Source: a virus (lineage: Duplodnaviria; Caudoviricetes). From it: a stretch of 64,000 nt of DNA. The position numbers and the translations under genes are program-made. The first letter of the stretch is position 1. Each line of letters opens with the position of its first letter. The DNA is taken from IMG/VR virus record IMGVR_UViG_3300046171_000271; one strand, 5' to 3'. Under the pieces are notes generated by a model. The model saw only the letters and a list, made by a program, of their open reading frames with translations, was not told where the DNA came from and ran no database searches. Below, in pieces: positions 31,655 to 39,746 of this stretch.

Positions 31655-32165
31655 GACTAATGCTTGGAGTTTACTTTACGATGTTATGTCTATGAGAGCA
31701 GATGATTACTCTACAAATGAAGATAGAATTATTGGTACAGAAGATGAAGATGAAATCAATCTAGGGATTCATTCAATATCTGAATGGAACTCCATTGATG
31801 ATTCATCAATGGAGTTCAGTATCAATGTCCCCGATCTTCCAGAAACTCCAGATAATAATAATGGACGCTGGAAGTATAATGAAGATGTTATCTTGAAGGA
31901 CATCCACGAGTATGTTAGTGGCACCTATCGTAGTCACTACACAGGAAAATCTAGCGGATTTAAAGATATTCAGACTATTGATTTGATGGCAGCTAAAGGA
32001 CTTGCATCTGCATTCTGTCAATCAAATATCATAAAGTATGGGACGCGGTATGGTGATAAAGATGGAAAAAATAAAAAGGATTTACTAAAAGTAATTCATT
32101 ATGCTATGCTACTCTTGCATTTTGATGATCACTACAAACCAACCAACTCTGACTATCCTTATTGA
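31653..32165 (+). CDS. Hypothetical protein with DUF3310-like C-terminus
   Basis: HY...IQTIDL...FCQSNIIKYGTRYGDKDG...DLLKVIHYA. Confidence 0.7.
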   Translation: MTNAWSLLYDVMSMRADDYSTNEDRIIGTEDEDEINLGIHSISEWNSIDDSSMEFSINVPDLPETPDNNNGRWKYNEDVILKDIHEYVSGTYRSHYTGKSSGFKDIQTIDLMAAKGLASAFCQSNIIKYGTRYGDKDGKNKKDLLKVIHYAMLLLHFDDHYKPTNSDYPY

Positions 32166-32167
32166 TA

Positions 32168-32851
32168 ATGAAAATTCGTAATCCTATGAAACTGTCTGAT
32201 TCTACTCTTTCTCTTCTCAAGAATTTTTCTTCTATTAACCAATCGATTTTGTTTAAAGAGGGTAGCAAACTTCGCACTATTAGTGTGATGAAAAATATTC
32301 TTGCGGAAGCAACTATTAGTGAAGAGTTCGCTCGTGATTTTGGTATCTATGATCTTAATCAATTTCTTAATGGTTTGAGTTTGCATCAGAAACCTGAACT
32401 TGATTTTGCCAACGATGGTTACGTTGTGATCAGGGAAGGACGTTCACGTTCAAAGTATTTCTTTGCAGATCCCTCTGTGATTGTCACTCCCCCCGATAAG
32501 GAAATTTCACTTCCCAGTGAAGATGTTTGCTTCGAGTTGACTACCACCGTTCTTGAAAAACTGCTGAAGGCAGCTGCTGTTTATCAATTGCCAGATATTT
32601 CTGCTGTTGGCGAAGCAGGTGTTGTAAAACTTGTTGTCCGCGATAAGAAGAATGACACCTCCAATGCTCATGAAGAAGTTGTTGGTGAGACTGATGAAAA
32701 CTTTAACTTCAACTTTAAAGTTGAGAACATTAAGATTCTTCCTGGAACATATGAAGTCGTTGTCTCACAAAAACTTCTCTCTCGCTTCACAAGTAAAAAT
32801 CACGATTTGACTTACTACATTGCACTTGAACCAGACTCAACTTTTGGGTAG
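32168..32851 (+). CDS. gp45: Sliding clamp
   Basis: MKLSDSTLSLLKNFSSINQSI, FGIYDLNQFL, YYIALE. Confidence 0.95.
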   Translation: MKIRNPMKLSDSTLSLLKNFSSINQSILFKEGSKLRTISVMKNILAEATISEEFARDFGIYDLNQFLNGLSLHQKPELDFANDGYVVIREGRSRSKYFFADPSVIVTPPDKEISLPSEDVCFELTTTVLEKLLKAAAVYQLPDISAVGEAGVVKLVVRDKKNDTSNAHEEVVGETDENFNFNFKVENIKILPGTYEVVVSQKLLSRFTSKNHDLTYYIALEPDSTFG

Positions 32852-32852
32852 A

Positions 32853-33059
32853 ATGCGGTTGATTGGATGTATGTTGATTGTTTGCTCTCACTTTACTTTG
32901 ATTTATGTGAGTGTACTAGCAGGAGTCATAGTGCATCTAATCGCTGATTTTCTTACTCTCCCATTCTTTATAAAAAACAAAATGTGGGATATGGTAATTA
33001 TGCTCTCCTTTCTTGTCACTATTGGAATAAGTAAATTATTTGCTTACTATGCAACCTGA
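32853..33059 (+). CDS. Small membrane hypothetical protein
   Basis: Two to three hydrophobic segments. Confidence 0.55.
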   Translation: MRLIGCMLIVCSHFTLIYVSVLAGVIVHLIADFLTLPFFIKNKMWDMVIMLSFLVTIGISKLFAYYAT

Positions 33060-33393
33060 TCCTTATATTCAGTTCTTAGAAAATTGGATACCTGGAATAG
33101 GTGAAGATACTAAACTTCATGATCAACTTCATATACATTTTGATCTTGGATTTAGTGTTAATGACGAAGCTAGACTTCTTGGTTTTCAATTAGGACATCA
33201 CCCTGCTGGAAGTTTCTTTCACGTTGTGATATTCTGTATGATGAGTGTTACGATTTATCCTAGTGATTATCGAAACAGTTTGAAAGATATTCAGGATTTT
33301 TACGAAGCATACTTGCTCGGAAAATACTGGCAATCTGTATCCTATTGGTTTATTCCCAAAACAATATTATGCGCGACGAATTTCTGTGGGTAG
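33049..33393 (+). CDS. Hypothetical protein
   Basis: ORF overlapping both neighbours; aromatic-rich. Confidence 0.55.
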   Translation: MQPDPYIQFLENWIPGIGEDTKLHDQLHIHFDLGFSVNDEARLLGFQLGHHPAGSFFHVVIFCMMSVTIYPSDYRNSLKDIQDFYEAYLLGKYWQSVSYWFIPKTILCATNFCG

Positions 33394-34313
33394 AAAAGTA
33401 TCGCCCACGTAAAATTGAGGAGTGTATTCTCCCTGATAATATCAAGAAGACTTTTCTCGACTTCCTAGATAAAGGAGAAGTGCCTAACCTGCTTCTTGCA
33501 GGCCCTGCTGGATGTGGTAAGACTACAGTTGCAAAAGCACTTTGCAATGAACTTGGAGTAGACTATTATGTCATCAATGGATCCGATGAGGGACGATTCC
33601 TTGATACCGTCCGAAACAATGCGAAAAACTTCGCTTCAACCGTTTCGCTTGCATCAACTGCAAAACACAAAGTCATCATTATTGATGAAGCAGATAACAC
33701 AACCAACGACGTTCAACTCCTCCTACGGGCGTTTATTGAGGAGTTTAGTGGCAACTGCAGATTCATCTTCACCTGCAACTATAAAAACAAAATTGTCGAA
33801 CCTCTTCACTCTCGATGCGCCGTCATCGAGTTCGGAATCAAAGGAAAGGAACGACAAGAAATCGCAGCATCTTTCTTCAAGCGTGTCAGAACTATCTTGG
33901 ATGAAGAAAGTATTAAATATGATAACAAAGTCCTGGTAGAATTAATCAATAAACACTTTCCTGATTGGCGTCGAGTTCTGAATGAAATTCAGAGATACTC
34001 ATCAGGCGGTGCTATTGATGCAGGAATTCTCGCTACATTCTCTGATGTCAAAGTTAATAACCTTATACAAAATCTTAAACAAAAGAACTTCCCTGAAGTT
34101 CGGAAGTGGGTGGTGGATAATTTGGATAATGATTCTGGTGTACTTATGCGTCGTATTTACGATGCTCTTTATACATCCTTGGCAAACTCTAGTATTCCTG
34201 CTGCTGTCCTTGTTATTGCTAAGTATCAATATCAGATTGCCTTCGTTGCGGATCAGGAAATAAACCTGCTTGCTTGTCTAACTGAAATTATGGTGGAGTG
34301 TGAATTCAAATGA
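33369..34313 (+). CDS. gp44: Clamp loader large subunit
   Basis: LWVEKYRP, GPAGCGKT, IIDEAD, PLHSRC. Confidence 0.97.
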   Translation: MRDEFLWVEKYRPRKIEECILPDNIKKTFLDFLDKGEVPNLLLAGPAGCGKTTVAKALCNELGVDYYVINGSDEGRFLDTVRNNAKNFASTVSLASTAKHKVIIIDEADNTTNDVQLLLRAFIEEFSGNCRFIFTCNYKNKIVEPLHSRCAVIEFGIKGKERQEIAASFFKRVRTILDEESIKYDNKVLVELINKHFPDWRRVLNEIQRYSSGGAIDAGILATFSDVKVNNLIQNLKQKNFPEVRKWVVDNLDNDSGVLMRRIYDALYTSLANSSIPAAVLVIAKYQYQIAFVADQEINLLACLTEIMVECEFK

Positions 34314-35374
34314 TATTGACGGAGGATGATGCAGTTTATGCTGCTAATAAATTCATAAACTATTATTCTCAATTCAATCGTATTGATGATTATCTAAGGC
34401 ACATCAAAGAAGATAGAGGTGAGAACAGATCGGGATATCTTCCTGGATTTGGTGCAGACTCAGATATGTTTGACAAGTTTGATATGCATCCTAATGACAT
34501 GAATTTTGAAGTTTATGTAGTTGACACTGATACTAAAAGTCGTTCAAAGTATAATCAGTGGCTTTATTCTGAGACATTGAATTTGACTGCTTCTAATCCT
34601 ATTGAGGAAGCAATTCCTGGTAGGACACATAAATGGATAGTAGTTGAAACAAACACGGACAAGGTTGTTGGTGTTGTTAGGTTTGGTTCACCCACAATCA
34701 ATAGCAAACCTCGCAATAATTACTTTGGTGAAGTCAAGTCTCTTAGTGATATTAATGCTCACTTCGTTATGGGCTTTAACATTGTTCCTACTCAACCTTT
34801 CGGGTTCAATTACCTGGGCGGAAAACTTCTTGCCTTACTAGCATCTTCTAAAGAACTGAAGCAACAGTTTGATGAGAAGTATGGGATAGATCTCAAATAC
34901 TTTGAGACTACATCTCTTTATGGAACTACAAAGGGAGTATCAATGTATGATGGACTCAAACCCTTTCTGAGGCATATTGGAGACACTGAGAGTAAGTTCT
35001 TACCTCTGTTTCACGATGATGTGTTTAGAGACTTCTTCTGGTGGTTTAATGAACGTAATGGAGGCGAGCGTTTGATCTCTGCCGATAAATCATCAAAGAA
35101 ACTGAAGATTCAAGTTAAGATGATATCTATTATTAGAAATTCTTTGAAGGACGAAGACAAACTAAAGCAGTTTAATGAGTGTATTGAACATGCAATGTCT
35201 CTCACAGAAAAGAAAAGATATTATCTTGGAGACTTCCGTCATACTTCTGAAGAAGCAATCACCTGGTGGAAGAAGAAAGCATCCAAGCGGTTTGAAAAAC
35301 TTAAGTCTGAAGACAGAGTAAGAACTGAACTTGAGATTTGGGGATCTACAGAAAATATGGAGATTATTAGATAA
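34310..35374 (+). CDS. DUF4338 (DruA-like) family protein
   Basis: VGVVRFGSP...SKPRN...VPTQPFGFNYLGGKLLALL...TTSLYG resembles the DUF4338 core. Confidence 0.65.
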   Translation: MILTEDDAVYAANKFINYYSQFNRIDDYLRHIKEDRGENRSGYLPGFGADSDMFDKFDMHPNDMNFEVYVVDTDTKSRSKYNQWLYSETLNLTASNPIEEAIPGRTHKWIVVETNTDKVVGVVRFGSPTINSKPRNNYFGEVKSLSDINAHFVMGFNIVPTQPFGFNYLGGKLLALLASSKELKQQFDEKYGIDLKYFETTSLYGTTKGVSMYDGLKPFLRHIGDTESKFLPLFHDDVFRDFFWWFNERNGGERLISADKSSKKLKIQVKMISIIRNSLKDEDKLKQFNECIEHAMSLTEKKRYYLGDFRHTSEEAITWWKKKASKRFEKLKSEDRVRTELEIWGSTENMEIIR

Positions 35375-35742
35375 TGGAACTTAAAGATTGGTTGAATTCG
35401 GTTAACTTTACAAAAGAAGATTTGTCTGAGGATATGAAATCTTATCCTCCTTATATTGTTAATCGTTGTTTATCTGGACATCTTGATTGTGTATTGTTCG
35501 CTAATGAGATGAACAAGTATCACTTTCTTGATAAGGACATGCAATATAAATTTTATCTAAATAGTCTGAGGAAAAAAAAGAGATTTTCTCCCTGGCTCCG
35601 TAAGGATAAAGTCACGGATCTCGAAAGTGTCAAACAATACTATGGATATAGTAATGAAAAGGCATGTCAAGCTCTGAAAATCCTGACACAAGAACAGATT
35701 AACTTTATTAAAAAACGACTTGACGTTGGAGGAACAAAATGA
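35374..35742 (+). CDS. gp62: Clamp loader small subunit
   Basis: YPPYIVNRCLS, LRKKKRFSPW, VKQYYGYSNEKA. Confidence 0.93.
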   Translation: MELKDWLNSVNFTKEDLSEDMKSYPPYIVNRCLSGHLDCVLFANEMNKYHFLDKDMQYKFYLNSLRKKKRFSPWLRKDKVTDLESVKQYYGYSNEKACQALKILTQEQINFIKKRLDVGGTK

Positions 35743-36176
35743 GTAATACTGTGGAACCCCAGTATCACTGGACTCAAGATCGTATGATCGAAGTCCTTTT
35801 AAATGAACCAGACGATTTCCTAAAAGTAAGAGAGACGTTGACTAGAATTGGAGTTGCTTCTAGAAAAGAGAAGAAACTTTATCAGTCATGTCACATTCTT
35901 CACAAGCAGGGAAAGTATTATATTGTCCATTTTAAGGAACTGTTTGCATTAGATGGAAAACATGCAAACCTTTCTATAAACGATGTTCAGCGTCGTAATC
36001 GCATTGTGCGTTTGCTTTCTGATTGGGGATTAATCTCTATTGTTGATGAGGAGACTGTTGCAGATATTGCACCTCTTAATCAAATTAAAGTTCTTGCATA
36101 TAAAGATAAGGGGGATTGGATCTTAGAGCAGAAATATAACATTGGTAAGAAGGGTAAAACCCAGGAAACCGAATAA
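35739..36176 (+). CDS. regA: Translational repressor RegA
   Basis: DDFLKVRETLTRIGVAS...LYQSCHILHKQGKYYIVHFKELF. Confidence 0.97.
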   Translation: MSNTVEPQYHWTQDRMIEVLLNEPDDFLKVRETLTRIGVASRKEKKLYQSCHILHKQGKYYIVHFKELFALDGKHANLSINDVQRRNRIVRLLSDWGLISIVDEETVADIAPLNQIKVLAYKDKGDWILEQKYNIGKKGKTQETE

Positions 36177-36207
36177 AAATATACGGGGTTTACTGCCCCG
36201 TTTTTTT
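36167..36207 (+). repeat. 41-bp direct repeat, copy 1 (regA 3' end plus terminator)
   Basis: AACCGAATAAAAATATACGGGGTT-tactg-CCCCGTTTTTTT; 37/41 identical to 38015-38055. Confidence 0.92.
36183..36207 (+). terminator. Rho-independent terminator after regA
   Basis: ACGGGG-tttactg-CCCCGT plus T run. Confidence 0.85.
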
Positions 36208-36218
36208 ATGATATGATG

Positions 36219-36226
36219 TATAAATA
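36219..36226 (+). promoter_or_regulatory. T4-type late promoter TATAAATA
   Basis: Exact consensus 120 nt upstream of ATG 36346. Confidence 0.7.
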
Positions 36227-36230
36227 ATAC

Positions 36231-36317
36231 GTCTCTAGATCGGTTGACTGGAGATGCCTGTTGGTGAAAGCCTCAGGTGGGATATGTTCCCGTAACCACT
36301 AACCCGTTGAAACACAC
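36231..36317 (+). ncRNA. Candidate structured leader RNA (four predicted hairpins)
   Basis: GTCTCTAG/CTGGAGAT; GCCTG..GGT-GAAA-GCC..CAGGT; GGGA/TCCC; CCGT..ACGG. Folded by eye only. Confidence 0.35.
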
Positions 36318-36345
36318 GGTTAACGAACACTGAGAGGTAATAACC

Positions 36346-38016
36346 ATGGCGAGAGAAATGCGCCCTAATGATGCTTATGCCAAATTTGCATCAAACTTTG
36401 AGGAGTCTATTAGTAGTGCAATTTTTTTAGAACCCAAAGTAAAAGTCTACCCACTTCAGACAAGTGGTGGTAAATCTTACTACCAAGATAAAGAAATGCC
36501 GTTGAAGATCAAACAGGTATTTCCCGAGATGAAGTATATTTTTAGATTGTCTCCAACAAGAGAAGTTGCACACGATGGAACTTTTGAAAAGGTTCACGAA
36601 CTTTCCGCTGATGGTGACACCAGGTTTAGTTTTATTGCAGATCCCCCAAGTAGCAATATTCTGGATTGTTTTGGTAATATGCCAAATACAGTTCTATGTG
36701 TTTCCTGTACACATACATATTTCACTACAAATTTTGAAAGGTTGCTGGAGTATGCTTCTGACTCTGTTTTGGTGATTGAGGAAGCTCATCAATTTATTGG
36801 TGCAGCAGATCCTGGATCAGAATCATATGTAATTAACTTTGGATATTCCTCTGAATATACTGCTGAAACTTGGCAGAGAATTAAAAAGTGGAGAGATGTA
36901 AATCCAAGAATTATTGGGTTTACTGCAACTCCAACAGAACATCATAAAGGACACACGTCACTTAGCGATCAATTTAGAGTTTGTGGTGAACTCGCTGAAA
37001 AGAAAGTTATTCTTCCATCACAAGCATGGATGAGTAAAGCACATCCTTATTCTTTTACAAAATATCAGGGAAAGTCATCTGTCGAACCTGCTATTCATCA
37101 AAGCATTGATCTTTTATTTGAGAGAGAGGAAAAATTAATTGATCTCAAATATTTTCCGTTGGAAAGGGAAGAGCAACTTTTAAGCACATATCTAAGGCCA
37201 GATAAAGATGGCCGAATTAATACTAAACTATCCGCCATGTATGTTTGTGGTGATCAACGGGGAGTTTGGGGTTGTTCAATTGATGAAGTTAGAGAAACAA
37301 TCGCAAAATATTTACTTTCCGATTGTGGATTTGATGAATCTAAAAAGATGATTGCAACAATGGTTGAAAATAGTAGTGGTGGTAATACTATTTGGACACT
37401 GGATGGAGTTGCTGCGGAAAAAGTTGATAATCGAACGTTAATGAAAAAACTTCATGATGAATATGATCCTCTTAGATTTCTTCTTGTTATCAATAGAGGC
37501 CGATCTGGAATCAATGTTCATAACTTAACTGCTCAAGTTATTTGTAGAATTAGAGATCCTAAAGAAGTCAGAACACCAATTCCCATTCAAATTTTTGGTA
37601 GAATGGTTCGACTTAATCCTGGGACAGGTGATGTCATCCGTAAAGAATATGCCAATAATTTGGACAACTATTTAAAATATTATCCGAAGGATTATAGTGT
37701 TGACATTAATACAATGTTGGAAACAATTAAAGTTGCAAATGTTTTTGATATTTGGCATCCAACTAACGGTAAGGCAAAAAGAACTTGGGAAGAATCTCTT
37801 GATGAATTTCAACGAGATTATGTAAACACTTCTAAAGAAGGGTTTGATTATCTGTATGAATATACTGGAGTTGATAAACCAAATCTAAAACCAATTAATT
37901 TAGAGATAGAAGTTGAGTGTCCATGTGATGGCAGTAAGTTTATGGTAAACGTAAATAAAGAGATTGAAGATTGGAAAGGGGATGGAACATTAGACGCATT
38001 TTTTAACATGGTATAA
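36346..38016 (+). CDS. SF2 helicase-like ATPase (DEAD/ResIII-like) in an inserted cassette
   Basis: LQTSGGKS (I), LSPTREVA (Ia), VIEEAH (II), GFTATP (III), RSGINV (V), QIFGRMVR (VI); SD GAGG. Confidence 0.8.
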   Translation: MAREMRPNDAYAKFASNFEESISSAIFLEPKVKVYPLQTSGGKSYYQDKEMPLKIKQVFPEMKYIFRLSPTREVAHDGTFEKVHELSADGDTRFSFIADPPSSNILDCFGNMPNTVLCVSCTHTYFTTNFERLLEYASDSVLVIEEAHQFIGAADPGSESYVINFGYSSEYTAETWQRIKKWRDVNPRIIGFTATPTEHHKGHTSLSDQFRVCGELAEKKVILPSQAWMSKAHPYSFTKYQGKSSVEPAIHQSIDLLFEREEKLIDLKYFPLEREEQLLSTYLRPDKDGRINTKLSAMYVCGDQRGVWGCSIDEVRETIAKYLLSDCGFDESKKMIATMVENSSGGNTIWTLDGVAAEKVDNRTLMKKLHDEYDPLRFLLVINRGRSGINVHNLTAQVICRIRDPKEVRTPIPIQIFGRMVRLNPGTGDVIRKEYANNLDNYLKYYPKDYSVDINTMLETIKVANVFDIWHPTNGKAKRTWEESLDEFQRDYVNTSKEGFDYLYEYTGVDKPNLKPINLEIEVECPCDGSKFMVNVNKEIEDWKGDGTLDAFFNMV

Positions 38017-38055
38017 CCGAATAAAAATATACGGGGTTCAACACCCCGTTTTTTT
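38015..38055 (+). repeat. 41-bp direct repeat, copy 2 (includes terminator)
   Basis: AACCGAATAAAAATATACGGGGTT-caaca-CCCCGTTTTTTT, followed by extended -10 TGtTATAAT at 38063-38071. Confidence 0.92.
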
Positions 38056-38129
38056 GTATTTGTGTTATAATTAGTATGTACGCCGAAAGGGTACACACAA
38101 CACAATCTCGCTTTAAAAGGAGAAGTCAA

Positions 38130-38561
38130 ATGGGAGAACTTACCCGCTACCGCGTGGCAGATATGGCTGCGCTGATGGAAAAACTAAATAAGAATGCGAT
38201 TGGTATGAATGAATACTTTGATAAAGTATTCGAGGGCACAGCACCCAGCAATTATCCACCTTATAATGTGATTCAATTAAATAATATTGAAACACGATTG
38301 GAAATCGCACTAGCAGGATTTAAGAAGGAGGAGGTTCATGCTTTCACCGAGTATGGAAAACTTTTTGTCAGGGGGGAAAAAGAAACATCTGACGAAGAAG
38401 GGACATACATCCACAAGGGTTTGGCTCAGCGAAACTTTGAAAGATCCTGGACACTTGCTGAAGGTACAGAAGTCACCGACGTGTTATTTGAAGACGGACT
38501 TCTGAGAATTACTGTAAAGAAAGTAGTGCCTGAACACCACGCACGAAAAGATTATCTCTAA
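38130..38561 (+). CDS. hsp20: Small heat shock protein
   Basis: NYPPYNVI...LEIALAGF...YIHKGLAQRNFERSW...FEDGLLRI; SD AAGGAG before ATG 38130. Confidence 0.95.
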   Translation: MGELTRYRVADMAALMEKLNKNAIGMNEYFDKVFEGTAPSNYPPYNVIQLNNIETRLEIALAGFKKEEVHAFTEYGKLFVRGEKETSDEEGTYIHKGLAQRNFERSWTLAEGTEVTDVLFEDGLLRITVKKVVPEHHARKDYL

Positions 38562-38577
38562 TTATTATTTTTTAATC

Positions 38578-38847
38578 ATGAACAAGATTTTCATTGGACT
38601 TGCTACACTTTTGATTGCTTCACCCGCTATTGCTCATCCAAGAACTCCAAGAACTACTTGGACATATTCTTATCCAGAAAAGGATGTAATGGTTCGACGT
38701 GATTGGAAACGTTGTAAAAAGATTAAGTATGTTACCAAGTATGATAAGTATGGATGGTTCACTGAAAGACAAGTTACACCTTTGAGATCATGTTGGAAAA
38801 ATCATGCTCATAGTGATGTTAAACTGAAAGTGATTATCAAAGACTAA
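38578..38847 (+). CDS. Hypothetical protein with signal-peptide-like N-terminus
   Basis: MNKIFIGLATLLIASPAIAHP, then a basic domain. Confidence 0.6.
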   Translation: MNKIFIGLATLLIASPAIAHPRTPRTTWTYSYPEKDVMVRRDWKRCKKIKYVTKYDKYGWFTERQVTPLRSCWKNHAHSDVKLKVIIKD

Positions 38848-38875
38848 ATATAACTGAATATCGTCGTCGCAGACG

Positions 38876-38927
38876 GAGGGGCAACTGGCCAAATCCAGTT
38901 GACGCCCCTCTTTTTTATTGTTAGAAT
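38876..38927 (+). terminator. Long-stem terminator with embedded sigma70 promoter (TTGACG-17-TAGAAT)
   Basis: GAGGGGC-AACTGG-ccaaat-CCAGTT-gac-GCCCCTC-TTTTTT; -35 at 38899, -10 at 38922. Confidence 0.8.
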
Positions 38928-38948
38928 ACTTGGAGGAACAAATCAAAA

Positions 38949-39293
38949 ATGACTGTAAAACTTTTGCTATTAAAGTCCGGCGAGGACGTAATTGCTGATG
39001 TCAGCGAGATGGCAATGGGTGATGGAGCGGACAAGAAAGTCCTTGGATATTTCTTGGACAAACCTTGTGTTGTTAAGATTTTAAATGCTGAGAAATCTAC
39101 AGAGGAAAACAAAAAGTCAGCATTTAATATTTCAATGTATCCCTGGTGTCCCTTGGCAGAAGATAGTGTTATCCCTCTTCCTGTAGACTGGGTGGTAACT
39201 ATTGTTAATCCTAAGGAACAACTTAAAGAAATGTATGTGGAGGATGTTTTAGGAAATGAACAAAATAGTCAAAGTAATTCTACTGACGAATAG
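38949..39293 (+). CDS. Conserved hypothetical protein (KSGED family, possibly Sm-like)
   Basis: MTVKLLLLKSGEDVIADV...PWCPL...DWVVTIVNP. Confidence 0.75.
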   Translation: MTVKLLLLKSGEDVIADVSEMAMGDGADKKVLGYFLDKPCVVKILNAEKSTEENKKSAFNISMYPWCPLAEDSVIPLPVDWVVTIVNPKEQLKEMYVEDVLGNEQNSQSNSTDE

Positions 39294-39513
39294 TGAGAGG
39301 CTAATCAGCGAAATAGAAGAAGTCGGTGCTGAAATTGGTGAACCAGATTGTAAATTGATTAATCCGATGGAGATTTGGGAAAGTAATAATCTTGCTCCTT
39401 GGATGATGGATCATACAATGCAAGACACTTTTATGATTAGTTCGGACAAGATTATTACACTAGCTGATCCTATGCCGACACTCCTTGAAAAATACCTCGA
39501 ACAAACTAAGTAA
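39256..39513 (+). CDS. Conserved hypothetical protein, paralogue of the upstream ORF
   Basis: KVILLTNSERLISEIEE...CKLINP...PW...SDKIITLADP. Confidence 0.75.
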   Translation: MNKIVKVILLTNSERLISEIEEVGAEIGEPDCKLINPMEIWESNNLAPWMMDHTMQDTFMISSDKIITLADPMPTLLEKYLEQTK

Positions 39514-39746
39514 TGGCATTATCTAAACAAACTCTTGATCATCTGTGTGATGCAGAATCTCACATTCGCGCTGCAATTAAATCGGCAGCAGTGAATGAAA
39601 AACCACTGGTAGTTAAACAACTATCTGAAATACTAATGAGCATGGAACAAACTAAAAAGTTTGACGAAATTATGGACATGCTTGATAATAGAGAACCTGG
39701 CAGTAAAGGGCAATTCGGTTCTTTTTTTAATGATGATGACGAATGA
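39513..39746 (+). CDS. Hypothetical protein
   Basis: Coupled ORF upstream of gp43. Confidence 0.7.
   Translation: MALSKQTLDHLCDAESHIRAAIKSAAVNEKPLVVKQLSEILMSMEQTKKFDEIMDMLDNREPGSKGQFGSFFNDDDE

Noticed and set aside
38861-38916. Glutamine (glnA/Downstream-peptide) riboswitch
   Set aside because: GACGGA is reminiscent, but I could not find the three-way junction or E-loop consensus, and the element ends in a plain terminator. Kept only as an unnamed sRNA candidate.
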